A stretch of DNA of 63,273 nucleotides, filler included, from Rhabdomonas costata (GCA_019059605.1; 38 parts of 38 records of this genome joined end to end with filler, not necessarily neighbours in it); one strand, 5' to 3'. Shown: positions 23,590-37,219, counted from the whole stretch's first letter. The notes: generated by a model not told the origin, from the letters alone. Numbers and translations: made by a program.

Positions 23590-25022
23590 ACCGCTCACGA
23601 TACAAACCCATGAGCCTTGAGTTGTAGGCTACGTGGTCCACCGCACCATTTCTTTTCCATCTTCAGCCAACGGCTTGAACACAAACAGTGAAGATCGCGC
23701 CATCCCAGTTGGTAATGGTGCAATTGAGCCGCCCTATCACCCTTCGAACTTTTCATCTTGAGGTGGGGTGTCAAGAGAAGGGGTGGGGAGGTAAAGGTTT
23801 TCTTCGACCCATTGATTCACAGATCTTTTGTGGCGGACAGGACCACTAGTGACAGGAAACCCCCCCCCCTGTATACATCACGAGCGCTCCCATCCCCATT
23901 CACCATTATTGACGGTTACCCACTTCACAAATCCCTGCTGTCTATCCTTGTAAAACCCTTCATTCATTCATTTGTGAAGTACACCACACTTCGCCTCTGC
24001 GCTATCACCACGATTGCTGTACTCAACACTGCTGCCTAAGTGTCTAAGTATCGCATCTTAAAACTCCCCCAAAGGGGATGGAGTTAACTGAGGTCCATGA
24101 GAAATCATGCTTTTCCTCCAAACCAGGCACCTCAAGCTGCAACAATGCCACAGAGATGGAGAGTTAGAGGGAGAGTAAAGCATGCGGCAGGGTTGGCCGC
24201 CTTTCTGAGCGCGTTGGAGGGAACGCAACGTTGCCTATGGTGTGTGTGAGAGAGAGAGAGCGTGTGTATGTCTGTATGTGGGCTGCCACACCCCCCGACA
24301 CACATCAGGACAGAACGAGCGGAGGGGTGGGGGTGGGTGGAGACACCAGTGGTCTCTGTAAGGCAAACGGAGTCCACGTCTGTTTGTGAAGCAGAGAGGC
24401 AGATGGAAAGACGGCATAAAAACATCTGGGAGAGATTCCCTTTCACATTTCTACAGTGCTTATCTTCAAAGAGATCAGAAGGAGAAATCTGAGAAAGACG
24501 GAAAGCTCACAAAAAACGAAAGCACAAACCGAGGGAGCGGTCAGAAACGATTACAAATACACAAAAAAGAAAGCACACAAAAAGAAAGCTGGCGGGCCAT
24601 TAATTACTGAGCGTCTGAGTGCCTGTGGAGTGTGTCTGCAGTGACATTTTGGGGTGGAGGGGAGCGGCGTGGGATGGGCACAGGGGCGGTCGGTTGGGTC
24701 CTCCCGGCCTGTGCGAAGGTTGCACACCCTGACATCACCCTCCATTCCACTTTTAGTGTTTCGTCTCAAAGAGCATTGAAACCCTTTCGCAGCCGCACCT
24801 CCTCCGCATTTCTTGTCTCCCTCCTTTCCCTCACTCACTCAAGCATGCAACGAGCGAAAAGTCACACCTCACCCACACAACGCTACACGGAGCGAGGGGT
24901 CCGTTCTCGTGCCACACCCCCCNNNNNNNNNNNNNNNNNNNNNNNNNNNNNNNNNNNNNNNNNNNNTTAATTAATTAANNNNNNNNNNNNNNNNNNNNNN
25001 NNNNNNNNNNNNNNNNNNNNNN

Positions 25023-26219
25023 GGTGGTGGGGGAGCCAAGCCCAGGGCCTTCAGGGTGGAGGTCTCGTCAGAGGAGGCGAAGGTCCGCGAGGGAAAGGTC
25101 GTCTTGAAGCCAAAGTTGCGCGGCAGGGAGGGTCCCGCGGTGCGCATGAAGGCCCTCACCGCACCCAGCGTGTCGGTCTCCACAAAGACGTGCTGTTTTC
25201 AGAAAGAAAACCCTTTTGGGCCCTCGTGGTTGCATCGCGCTCTTTCTCCGCCGTTCCGAGTTCGGTTCATCTTCCACTTGCAATCACGTTTCTGAGCATC
25301 CAATATATCTTCCTTTTCCCCAAGGTTGATCTACGCCAAAAAGAAAAAGAGGGGGGGTTACTCGACCCCTACCCCACCCCAATAGCCAAGGGGTTGAACG
25401 AAACGGTAACTTTCTACCCACCCTGACGAGCGAAAAACTCAGAGTGTTTTCTGCATGCTAGTAGGTTACGATGTGGGGCGGGAAAGGAGTGACCAGTGTC
25501 TGAACAGTTCTTGTGCGTGGACAGGGAACAGAAACCAACTGCCCATGACGCACGTTGCTGCTGTTGTAACGTGTACGTTTGCTTTGACTGACAACGTCCC
25601 TTTTGCTCTCTTCTTTTTTCACTTGCGCGCGAGAGAGTAACCACTACTCTAAGTAGCAAAGCTTCGTCAGGATACCAAAGGATATTCCCCTAGAGCGAAA
25701 AGTGCTTGCAAAGCAGCCCCACTGTTTAAGTCTACCCAAAACAGGGAGCTAGAAGGAAACCTATGTATCCATGAGCAGATTCGGACAGCCAATCGGCTAC
25801 AGCATGTGTTTGTATTCTGTCGGCTTTCGGGAAGGCACCTTCCGGATTGTCGCATTACTTCAACCAGTGAGATGGTTTCACCAAATCGGCTGGATTCTCT
25901 CTCTCTCGGCAACAAGTCACTGGGAGACCCAGAACATAGAGAGATGCTGAACCACACCTTCACTGTCTCCCCCGATGGAAGTCGCACCGCCACACTAGCC
26001 TTGCCTGGGGTGTAGTCCGGCGCAGTGGGGTCACGGTCCTTGCCCTTTTCCTCCTCTGCCTTCGTCCCAGCGGCAGGCTTTGGGGTCGCATTAGGCTTCG
26101 CAGCTGCTTCGGGCTTCGCAGCAGCTTCGGGTTTCGCCGCACTGGGCTTCGACGCATTTGGCTTAGGCTCCGGCTTGGAAGCAGTGGAGGGCACAAGATC
26201 CCATTTGCCACCAAACCAC
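25023..26219 (-). CDS. UBX domain protein (p97/Cdc48 cofactor), partial
   Basis: Exons 26219-25958 and 25192-25023: ASVAVRLPSGETVK|HVFVETDTLGAVRAF...TTFPSRTF...TLKALGLAP. Confidence 0.88.
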
Positions 26220-26688
26220 CTGCCCTCCTCGAAAACTGAGTGACTGAGATATCAATTCTGTAAGATAAGGTGTACGGTGTGTCAGCGGTACACCAGGTGT
26301 CTTATGTGGGACTGACCGAAAACACTTACGTGCGAAGACACAAATGAAGAAGAAGAAACGGATTAATTATACACACATAGTATTCGTCAATATCCCAACT
26401 CAACCTTGCGCTATCTTTTGTATTTTTAAATGCTGTCTACACACAAAGTGCACATAAGCACATGCGACCAGCACGGGCGCCAAATATATAACACTCTGTG
26501 GTAATCTGTGGTATCACATAATATGGCTGGAAATTCTGGAAGAAAAAATCGCGCCTGCGGCGCAAAATGTTTACCAGTACCAACCACCNNNNNNNNNNNN
26601 NNNNNNNNNNNNNNNNNNNNNNNNNNNNNNNNTTAATTAATTAANNNNNNNNNNNNNNNNNNNNNNNNNNNNNNNNNNNNNNNNNNNN

Positions 26689-27840
26689 GTGGTGTTGGGA
26701 AAAGGATGGCGAACTTCGGTGGAAGCATGACGCTGGTTCGTTCCATCCCATTGATGCGGCCAAGCCGCGCCCCCTGCAGAGCTACAAGTTGAGCTCGAAG
26801 CACCTTGAGCACCACAGCGGGGAGGAGGACTGCACCGTCTTTCGGAGGTTCGATGAGTGGGCGGGAAAAAACTCGCTTATCACACTGTGCCCAGTGGGCT
26901 GAGTAATGGGTGAATGGGGTGTTTCAAACACCCTTCGTTGTTTGGTGTGGTGTTTTGTTTCAAACCCATGAGTTACGGTGGGTGGTTGTCAGGCCCAGGT
27001 TGGCAGGGGGACGGACATCCGTATTGGTATGCACGCCGCTGCCGCCTATCCGCAATAAACATTTGGATGATAAGTTGAGCATTGTTTGGTTTTTGTGCGG
27101 TCTGATTTCCAGATGTCAGCCTACGCGCCTGCATGGCGGTGGTGCAATTTCCGTGGTAACCTCTCAATTGGACGCTCTTCTCTGGAGGCAGAAGTAGATG
27201 AGATGAGATGATTTTGTAGTAGATGAGTGGATGAGATGGTTTTGTTGGATGCTGGCTCAGGTCCATCTTGGCGGCCTTTCCGCACTCTCACTCCCACCCC
27301 CATGACACCAAACTCCGAGTGCACCACTTCCGCCGCAAGCTCCGCACTTCTGAGGTACCTGGGCCCATGTAGCACCTCTCACGCTCATTTCGTTTGAGTA
27401 TGACAAAATGCCGTATGCAGAAGATGCTGTGTTAACACCCTCTTAACCTCTTGGGTCACCAGCACAAACAACCGATTACAGTAGGTTCTTTTTCGAGCTG
27501 CTTGTGGGAGAAGGCACCAGGGGCCAGAGTTGGAGAGATCTGCAGGAAACAGCTTTTCAGAATGTTACATAAAAAAGCTGCGCCGTGGTGGTGTACATGT
27601 GGGAGGATTTCAGATGAAGAGGTGGATGGAAGTCTCCGGTTGTACGTCATAGGAGTGTCCGAGTTGTCCGCCATAGGTGCCCACCGCGGGAGCCACTGTG
27701 AAGGCGGTGAAGGCGGGCCCCACCGCTTCTCTGAAGCGAACCACTGTGGTCGTCCCACAGCGTAGCAAGCCCCCATCCCCGGACCCGAAGTTCGTCCACA
27801 GGGTTCCCCGGAGCTCGGATGATTCCTACGGAGAGCTGGG
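26689..27840 (+). CDS. FG-GAP repeat-containing protein, partial
   Basis: Exons 26689-26847, 27261-27354 and 27677-27840 join in phase: GELRWKH...QSYKLSSKHLEHHSGEEDCTVFRRSILAAFPHSHSHPHDTKLRVHHFRRK, like the conserved block of plant/protist FG-GAP proteins. Confidence 0.7.
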
Positions 27841-29096
27841 GTGTGCTGCGCTCCCTTTGGCCTTTTGTGAGTGTGCGTCGCCGGGAAGTCACGAACCGGG
27901 GGTTGTGCAGGCCGAAGCACGCATCCCGTGGTGGCACCCCGGAAACAATCGTCTTCCCAGTTTTTGAATTGAACACACAAAACGTTGAATTGAGTGATAT
28001 GTTTGTGTGGCGCTGTCCTCGAACGTTAAGGTGTTAGGTGTAAATTCAACGCATTTCCAGAAGGCAAGGCGGGTGAGGATTCAAGTTTGATGTGGTAAAA
28101 GTGTGCACCCGATGCAAATTTGTAGGAGTGGGCGAGCGCAGAAGCTTGGGTGCCTCTAGGACCAGTCTTACCAGGCCAGTTAGATTTCCCAAAAGACCTC
28201 CCAGCAAAAGAAGAGATAACGAGATGTAATGATAAAGAGATGTATTCCCAAAACCCNNNNNNNNNNNNNNNNNNNNNNNNNNNNNNNNNNNNNNNNNNNN
28301 TTAATTAATTAANNNNNNNNNNNNNNNNNNNNNNNNNNNNNNNNNNNNNNNNNNNNGGGTGGTGGTGGCGGCGATTCCCTCAGGGAGTGGAAATGGATTC
28401 TGCGCCACGATGGGATGGAAGGGCGCTGTCGAGGTCTCTCCAGTGCTCTCTTCATTTCGGTACTGTGAATATATAAATAGTCATGATCAGGAGACACTCT
28501 AATCCGTCATATCAAAAAAGGTATAAGTCATCCGTGTAAGGTATCCGACAGCCTAATTTTTTGCTTGTTTTTTGGACGCACACTGATACGCTAAAGATAT
28601 GCTCAACGGACACTGGACAATGTTGTAGCCTGTATGATTAAAAGTGACTCCGTACTTTTTAATAAAGAAAAATAGCTCATAGTCAAAAAATGGATGGATG
28701 GGTGAGCCACCTTGGGTCTATAAAAGAAGATGCCCTTCATCAGTCATTGGGGTTGCATGAGATGCAGAGGGTGCGACCCAAATCAAAAGACAAATGAACT
28801 CAATTGACGACATTCTAAGCCATCCACTTGGACGAAATGCACATCCTGAATGCTATCCCTGAGCTCCTTTTCAAAAAAACAAAACAGCGAACCCACGTGT
28901 CCACCCGCTAGGAATCCCATTCGCTGATGACCCTTTGCGAGCTTTGATTGGTGCCAGGATGCCCATCAGTAGCTCATTCTGTTTTCAACTGACAGTGCCG
29001 TTTTAGCAACCACCTGCGGAGTCCCACGTAGTTTCAGTGATCTGAGTCCGATGATGCCAGTTGTGTTTCGTCCTCGATGCGTCTGCGCACCGTAAG

Positions 29097-29240
29097 GCCT
29101 GTGCCGCCGTCACGGAGGGGATCACTCGCCCGGTGGACCTGATGAGGGTGACTCAGTTCGAGGGCCAGCCCCCCTCGCTGCGGCGGCTGGATCCCGTGTA
29201 CAGCTTCCTCGCCGTCACTTGGGGCATGATGGCTGACGTG
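29097..29240 (+). CDS. Sphingosine/long-chain-base kinase (DAGK superfamily) exon
   Basis: ACAAVTEGITRPVDLMRV...YSFLAVTWGMMADV; AG and GT borders, 48 codons. Confidence 0.8.
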
Positions 29241-30109
29241 GTACGCCAGTGCACAAGAATGCATGTTTTTGAGCATCGGGGGGGGGACGTGTGGGTACAT
29301 AATAAATACTTGCATTTGTATGGCCCCGCGTTAAAAGGAAGACGGAACCTCGTAGGCAAGCGTTTAGTGACCCTCAAAAAAAGTGGTTTCAATGCAAACT
29401 GAACAATTCTCCCACCACCCCGACAACCGCCGAGATGCACACACTCAAGAAACGAAAGACATGTCATTATTTCGCCTTGTCGGTGCGCTTTGCGCGTGTG
29501 GCGACCAAGCTTTTTAAATTCAGGTTTTTCAACTGTGTCAGGTGTTAACGCCTCGCGTCCGATTGGAAACTTTCGTTTCAGAGAGATGCTCACAGCAACA
29601 GTGCAGGGCAGTCAAGGGGTAGTATGGTATGTGTGCGCAGGAGGAAATATGAAGGGACTTGCACGTGGCGAGGAAAGCGCTGAGCATGGGTCGCAAGACC
29701 ACCGTTTTTCCAAACAAACAAGGTGACGAGCAATATCATGTCAAGCAATATCAATATCATGTCGAGCAATTGCATGTCAAGGACCCATGCTCATGCTCTC
29801 CATTTAGCAGTTGGCGGTTAGCAAGCACTCCTCAACCCTGATATGATATGTGCGATGGAGAACCTACGGAGAAGAAGACGGGGTGGGTGAAGAGCACACT
29901 GAGCCCCCGTCCGACAGAATACGGNNNNNNNNNNNNNNNNNNNNNNNNNNNNNNNNNNNNNNNNNNNNTTAATTAATTAANNNNNNNNNNNNNNNNNNNN
30001 NNNNNNNNNNNNNNNNNNNNNNNNGGGGGGTTTGTTGCCTCTCTGATTTTGGGTGACTGCGACCGCAAGCAACAAATTTCGTTTTTTTTCACGGTTTATT
30101 TTACTTCAG

Positions 30110-31470
30110 GCCGGCGGTGGGTTTGGACTGGGACTGCACGGGCGAGGTTCTGGCGGTGATGCAGATGGTGCGCAGAATCATTTGTTTCTGGCTTTAATAG
30201 CTCACGTTTTCCTTTTGCCAATCGTCTGAATATCGAGGGTGTTTCCTTTCACCTTTCACCTTTCCTTGCCGCAGTAAAGAAAAAGAAAAAAAAGAATTAT
30301 ACAGGCCCACAACCTGCAAAGTGTAAATAGCAGTATATGGTGTTTGGTTCAGTTTTTTCCTTACACCCACGGCAAACGAAAAAAGCGGACGGAGGGGGGA
30401 TTGCTTCGTCCAGTTTGGCTTTTTTTCAACATTTGGGAAAAATTGCATCTTCCCCCAAATCCATGGTAAGATTATACGCCACCTCAACTTTGTTTTTGTC
30501 GAGTCTTTGTCACTCGCCGCAGCTGCGCTTTACCACTTTCACGTGATTTCCTTTTTGTGGCCTGTGATGTACGTAGGGCTTTGGATTGCAACTATTCGCA
30601 CCAAATTGCACCGAAAAATGCGAGTTGATGAAAAATTCCCATTTGCATGAGAGAATCTGTGTGTGTGTGCTTCGTTTATCCGGTCCATGCTACTCAGATT
30701 ACAAGTGGAAATCTTAGGTCTTAGGACGTCTTTGGAACCTTCTTGGGGAACCATGACTTCTGAATTCGGTTAGGAAGGTTGTCCGATGGTTTTGGTTGTT
30801 TTATCTCTTTCCTGAAGGTGAAATGCTCTGAGTTGCTTTTCCTACAGAACTCTTCCGTGATCTCTCTGTGGAACATGAGCACCAAAAAGCTGGAGAGCCT
30901 CAACACAAAGCTGAAAGATCCCAGCTTTATGAAGTGGTTATGGACTGGCCCTCAGGTTGGTCCGCTTCTCTCAGGACGATTCGTCTCAAGTGTTTCTCAG
31001 TTCGTGACATATAGAGTGGGTGGGTCCTCTCCACAGGGCTTGCACTCTATGCACGAGGAAGGGCCGATGTTTAGTTTCATATTGTCTGCCTTTCCTTCCA
31101 GCCACCAAGCTGTGTTATTGACATTCCTTTTTGCCATATTTATGTCCCGCAGCGCCTGCGAGTTATACAAGGCCGAAAATAAAGATGGATGCCAGTCCAT
31201 CTACACAAATCCGTTTGTGAGGAGGGTTCTGTCCGAGGCTCGATTCCCCTAGGGACCGGTACGGAAGCCTCTAGAAGCCCTATTCTGCGCAGTGGGTGGT
31301 TCATACACCACAAACAACTTCATTCAGACTGCGTAACGGACACCGCCCAGTCGCTTTCTGCTCGTGGAACCACAGCCTGTGCAGTCTACCAGTATGAGCT
31401 GGTGTGTGTCCACCGAGAGACCAAAAAGATTCCTCCTTTGTGTTTCCAGTTGGCCGTGGGCACGGCGGAG
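30110..31470 (+). CDS. WDR19: Intraflagellar transport protein IFT144/WDR19, N-terminal WD region
   Basis: Exons 30110-30167, 30848-30955 and 31450-31470: GLDWDCTGEVLAVMQMNSSVISLWNMSTKKLESLNTKLKDPSFMKW...GPQLAVGT. Confidence 0.85.
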
Positions 31471-32722
31471 GTTGGACTTGTCATCTGTTTTCTTCAATTG
31501 CATTGCCTCAAAAGCTATCAAAAATGTGGGGAATTCTCGGAAGCATAGGTGCTTTTAGTATACACAACGGCATCCAATTCACCAAAACACCANNNNNNNN
31601 NNNNNNNNNNNNNNNNNNNNNNNNNNNNNNNNNNNNTTAATTAATTAANNNNNNNNNNNNNNNNNNNNNNNNNNNNNNNNNNNNNNNNNNNNTGTTGTTG
31701 GGTGTGTTGGGGGGTTTGTGAAGCACCCACCAGCTTGGCAGATGGAGCTTGAGCATGGGTTCCTGAGACATGTATTCCTGAGATGTGTTCCCTGATCCTC
31801 TTTCATTGAAATCGAATCCAAAGAAACTCTATAAAAATCAAATGCGAACCTGTCTCCTGCATTTCAACTTGGCGCACAACCTGGTTCTCTCAGCGGCCGA
31901 GAAAAATGCGAACAATAAATCGAAAAGCCGAGTAAGGCTGTGCAAACAGGAAAGGCTTCGAAAAAAGCACACAGTGCAATTTGCAAGGTTTGCATTAATA
32001 CATACCGTGGTGGTATGCTGGTAGGGTAGCAGAAGCATAAGTTCGCTGTGATTTCGAGATTTTAACTCTGGTCGGACTACTTCAAAAATCCAAATTATCT
32101 GAAACGTATTTCGATTACCGATTGTCAACTTTGCTTGGTCTAGTCCTCTCCATTGGACCCTTGGCCTGACAATCGAAGAAGTAAAAAACAAAATGTTCGC
32201 CGAAAACATTGATTGTTCTATAATGACGTGCGCCTACCGACTTCGATCAATCGATTGGTCGATAGCAAAGACCAGCTGCATGCTAGTCTAGGAAAGTTGA
32301 GAAGCACTTCTGAGGGGAAATTATCTGCACGTTTACTCGGAATCACCTGAAAGATGGGTATTTTACACTTCAGACTTGAACGACGGATTAATGTTCGCAG
32401 GGAATGCTAAAACCCCCATCTCTCGAAATGTCGTTTCTCTTCAGAGAGCGGAGTGAGAAGACACCGCATGCACAGCATCTCCACATGTACTCAGTGATGA
32501 CCTAAAAAAAATGGACACAACCTGCGGGAAACGAGACAAAAAATGGGGGGGGGGGCTACGCTAGCCTTATGTGGCCGCTAACCTTGCACTGTCCACTAAG
32601 AATTTCCCCCCGATCAAAAAAGGAGAAAGTTGGCCCGTTATGCACAGCATTATATAGACGATGCCTGGGATAGCTTGCCGAGATTGCTGTTCCCCCATGT
32701 TTGTTTGTTTTTTGTTTCTCAG

Positions 32723-32876
32723 GTTTTCCTTCTACTATTATCCGTTGTCTACATTTGCTGCGGTGACTGTAGTCGCCTTTGTCTGGCTGGCCACGTCTGC
32801 CGCGGTTCTGGCTGTGGCTGCAGGCTACTTGCACAAGCGATATCAGCTGGCCCACCAACCTTCGCCTCGGTCCAAG
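32723..32876 (+). CDS. Transmembrane exon, possibly seipin C-terminal helix
   Basis: AG/GT-bounded exon RFSFYYYPLSTFAAVTVVAFVWLATSAAVLAVAAGYL; resemblance to seipin LRY.MY..P is weak. Confidence 0.35.
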
Positions 32877-33430
32877 GTATTCCTTGGGAGAGAATCAACT
32901 GTTGGGAAGGGCCGCACATCGCTGTGCCGTTGCGTTGAAGCCGCAGTAGTACTCATTCGAACACCTGTTTGCCGTTTCTTGAGTAGGTAGGGTAGGAAGG
33001 GCGAGGTGCTTCTGAGCGACTCTCGGTAATGGGACAACGGTTATCGAAGGGTTGGTTAACGGTTATGGGTACTTTGATCCCGAACAGCGATCGACACTCA
33101 CCCCTTTATGTGTTGCCTTTGTAAGCCCCAGTGAGCCACCAAAGCGAGCGGCCACCTCAACTTGTGAAGTTGTGTCAGCTTTTCTAACCAGAATACCAGT
33201 TCCATGTGCCAGGGGAGCATGGGTTATATTTAGCCGAGCTATGTTTAGATTGTAGCGGTCNNNNNNNNNNNNNNNNNNNNNNNNNNNNNNNNNNNNNNNN
33301 NNNNTTAATTAATTAANNNNNNNNNNNNNNNNNNNNNNNNNNNNNNNNNNNNNNNNNNNNTGTGTGTGGTGTGTGATTCTCGACCTCTGCCACAGGCCAC
33401 GCGGAGGGAGCAAAGCCGCTCCATTTTTAG

Positions 33431-34486
33431 CTTCGCGTGGAGCGACTCCATGAAGGTCATTGCGGCATGCGGAGGAGACCGTGGCGTCCAGCTCTGGTGT
33501 GCTGCACCTCGACTGTGAAAAAAGGCAGCGTGCGAATTTTTCGGTTGCGTCGATCGGGCCTTCCTCCGGTTGTTGGGTTCCATTCCTCGGTGTCGAGAGG
33601 ACACTTTTTGGACCGTTTGCAATTTTCTGGGCTGCGCAGCATGCCCAAGGGTTGGATGTAGTTGACCGGAATGCTTTGGCTTTGTAGTTGCTCTCTTGAG
33701 CTCCCAATTTTTATTTTTGTCTTAGTGTTTTTTCTTCTTTTTTTTTTGCTGTTTTTTCAGTCGCAGACAGAATGGTGAGCGATTGAAACCTTTTTACTCG
33801 TCTGCGATTTTGATTCTGATATCCTGGTATTTTGCATTTGTTTCTCAATCATATCAGTCCACTTTATGTTCCTTTTTCTTCACAGGAACCCTTGGATGCC
33901 TGATCCTATCCTCAGCCTGCACGGGCACAACGCGAACGTCGTTGCATGCGCGTTCAACGACACTGACGAACAACTCATCAGCCTTTCGGTTGACAACACC
34001 GTTGTCGTGTGGGACATGAGAACATACAAGGTTGAACCACACCCTCGGCTTTTTTCTTGGGTCTATTTTGCTTCCGCTCTCTTTTTTCATCGGCCAGTGG
34101 AATATGGACACCTGCAACTTCAGAAGGGCTTGGTTTTGCTTTTTTGTGGAATTTTTTTGAAGAAAAAACTCTTTGCTTCTTTCAGATCTTTCAGCAGTGG
34201 ACGGACACCACCTCCTCGGCGCTGCGCTCCGCACATCACATCGACGACGGGCACGTCTCTGCTCTGACCTTCGACGAGAGCCATGGGCGGCTGGTGCTTG
34301 CTTCGACCTTCCCACAGACCCACTGCGTGTTCCGGCACATGACCAACTTTGTGCAGGGCTACAGCGGCCACACCGAGCCCGTGCTGGCTGCGCTGTACAA
34401 CACAACCTTCAACCAGATCATCACGGTGGACCAGGCCACGGCCCACATTTGGCACCCCGACACAGGAGAGAAGGTCTTTCGGCAGG
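33431..34486 (+). CDS. WD40 protein, WDR49/WDR64-like, partial
   Basis: Exons 33431-33496, 33886-34030 and 34186-34486: LWNPWMPDPILSLHGHNANVV...QLISLSVDNTVVVWD...GHTEPVLAALYNTTFNQIITVD...IWHPDTGEKVF. Confidence 0.8.
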
Positions 34487-34767
34487 GTGACGGGGATCTC
34501 CCCAATGAATTTTTAGAATCCCTTTTATGAATCCTTGCCCCATTGCCCTCCCTAATCGTGCTGTTGTAAAGTGAGATGTTTATCCAATATTATCTTTGCG
34601 AAATTCTTGTGAAATAGAATCCTTTCTCGTGTGATGATGACAGTGGCTCCCACGAACTTGATTGGCTCTTTCATGTGGCCGCAGTTTTTTAAATTGGCAT
34701 GGCTTGTGAGCCCGCGTTAAAATAAATGAGTGATTCCTGCGCTAACTCCGCAGTCATCGGATGGTGC

Positions 34768-34923
34768 TGGTTTTTGCGGTGCCGTCTTTTTCGGAAAACA
34801 TTCTTGTTTCGCAATTCCCACGATCTAAGGACATTTTTTCCCGAGACCATCTCGAGACCATTTAGGAGTGAGGGAGTTGCGAAACAAGAATGTTTTCCGA
34901 AAAAGACGGCACCGCAAAAACCA
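34768..34923. repeat. Contig-terminal inverted repeat, 52-bp arms (1 mismatch), 52-nt spacer
   Basis: 34768-34819 vs 34872-34923. Confidence 0.95.
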
Positions 34924-35073
34924 ACCCCNNNNNNNNNNNNNNNNNNNNNNNNNNNNNNNNNNNNNNNNNNNNTTAATTAATTAANNNNNNNNNNNNNNNN
35001 NNNNNNNNNNNNNNNNNNNNNNNNNNNNTGTTGGTTGGGATTTCAGCTGCTTTTTCTCTTGCCCACAAAAAGA

Positions 35074-36346
35074 ATGTCGGCGTCCCCAAAGAAGGGGAGG
35101 GGCGTTTTTCCGTACCTTGCGAAGTACGAAGGCTACGGTGAGTTCCTGTGCGTTTTCAACTCCGTCTTCCTCCGCTCTCGGGCGTATTTTGCAAATTTTG
35201 GGCCCTATGCCGCAAATGATTCCCAAAAAGCCTGCTGTCTCATGCTGAGAGCTGGTGCAGTCCGGTTGCTTGGATTGAGCCATTGTCTGTAGAAAGGACA
35301 CTTGTGTTTTTACGTTTTTGTGAATGTTCCTGGGCTTTGGTGAACCAAAGTGACAAGGGGACAGATGTAGGTGCAGTGCTTGCGGCTGGAGCGGGCGGCT
35401 GGGTTGGGTCGTATCCTGGAGTGGGCGATTCTCCGCTTTGCAGTGCCTAAGGACCGAAATGTAGACAGTCGGGATTTAATTGAAGGTGGGTTTGTTGAAT
35501 TTGTTGAATTACGACCGCTTAGGGGTGCTACAAGTTTACACAGAAAGGACACCTCCTGAAACACTGAAGACGAATTTTGGCCCCATTGTAGATCGTCGTT
35601 TTCCTTCTTTTTCTGGTTCTCTTCCGTAAAAAGGGATTCTGTGGAACATCTGCGACAAGTGTGGGCAGTCCAGCTCCGTGGAGGCGGGATACACCCCGGC
35701 CCAAGAGAGTCAGAGGTGGGAGTGTTCCATGAACACTTGGAACCCCGCCATGGCGAAGAGCTGCAGCCTCCAGGAGTTTCGCCGCATGTACGCCGCATTC
35801 TGGGGCTCCCGTGCGCGGCAGCGCGGGTACCCCACACCGAAGGTGCTGCGTAGACCCGTGGACCTGTGGTGGTTGTACAACTTTGTCACCCAGATGGGAG
35901 GTGCTTTTGCTTGTTTTCTTGCGGATAGGAGGGTTTGGGGGGGGGTCAGGAATAGGGGCTCGGTTTTGGACGAGATATGTCTTTCTTCGGCTGCTTGTTG
36001 TTCTAACATTACCGGTTTATGCTGTCCAGGAACACCATCCACTGCATCATCAAAATTGTGTTCGTGACGGGGCAGAGAGACCGACTCTCTAAAACTCCAG
36101 GGCGATGCGTGTTTGTGTTTGTTCGGTGCCAAGAATTATAGCGCGCCCTCACCCTCCGTGACGACCCTCCGAAAACGTTTTCCATTTTCCATGTGTCAAT
36201 GCGAAAAGCAACGGGTGCCCTGCTGAAGGCGTGACCCACGCTCTGTACGTTTCGTTTCGTCGTCAAATGGCCTCCTATTCTTTTTCCTCTCTCTCCCACA
36301 GGATGGCACACTGTTCGGCGAAACCGGTGGACAATTCTAATTCGCG
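35074..36346 (+). CDS. zf-CW-like zinc finger plus ARID domain protein, partial
   Basis: Exons 35074-35137 (less certain), 35634-35900 and 36302-36346: WNICDKC...WECSMNTWNPAMAKSCS, then FRRMYAAFW...PKVLRRPVDLWWLYNFVTQMGGWHTV...RW. Confidence 0.75.
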
Positions 36347-36696
36347 GTGTCTGTGTGTGCGGATGCGACTCCATTGGCGTGGAATGATGTAGCAGTAAGT
36401 GGCGTATTGTCGTTGGGCAATAATTCCCCTGCTCGAACCCACCCCTCCATTCAACACTTGCAAACAGAAGCCGTAACATTAGTTTCGGTTGCCTTGCCCT
36501 TCATAAGACGTTCATAACCGTCCTTCAACACATTCTACTCGAACCATCTATCCGGAACTTCAACCCCCAAAAGAAAATAGCTCTCCCACCAAAAACNNNN
36601 NNNNNNNNNNNNNNNNNNNNNNNNNNNNNNNNNNNNNNNNTTAATTAATTAANNNNNNNNNNNNNNNNNNNNNNNNNNNNNNNNNNNNNNNNNNNN

Positions 36697-37082
36697 GGAG
36701 GGGGGGGGGCGCGGGATGCAGTCAACTCCAAGCAAGTGTTGGGTCACCGCCCGTGCCACGAAGTGAGAGAAGAGCCGGGAGTAGGCAGGGAGACTCTCCG
36801 CGAGAGGGACATCGGTGGCAAGGCTCACCTGCTTGGCCCATTTACGCACAAAACTGCATGTGGAGCTGCTCCACGCTCCCGTTGTTTCCACAACAACGGG
36901 CGAAAAATCCCACCCAACCCCTCGGCACACCTCCCAAGACTCACCAATGAAGCGTTAGAATGCAGATGGTGAACGACTGGGATGTCGAGTGGAAGGGACC
37001 GGGTGGGACCGAAAGTCTTGAGAAGTAGGGCCGCACGAAATCTTTTTCCTTTAATGTTGGCGTCGCCAGAATCTCTCCCCAC
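36697..37082 (-). mobile_element. Decayed RLE-type (CRE/R2-like) non-LTR retrotransposon endonuclease C-terminus
   Basis: RAALLLKTF...LPLDIPVVHHL (degenerate RPAD...LDV.V.HP), then a frameshift to CRGVGWDFSPVVVETTGAWS. Confidence 0.7.
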
Positions 37083-37219
37083 GGACGGCTGACTGTCACC
37101 GTAGCTGTTGGTTGTCCAAAGGCTTTCCCTGGTGATCGACTGGGAAGGAGAGGGTGCTGGCTTTTCGTTAGGGTTGCTGTTTTTTGTGTGTGTGATTACC
37201 CCAGGCCTTTGTCGTGCAG

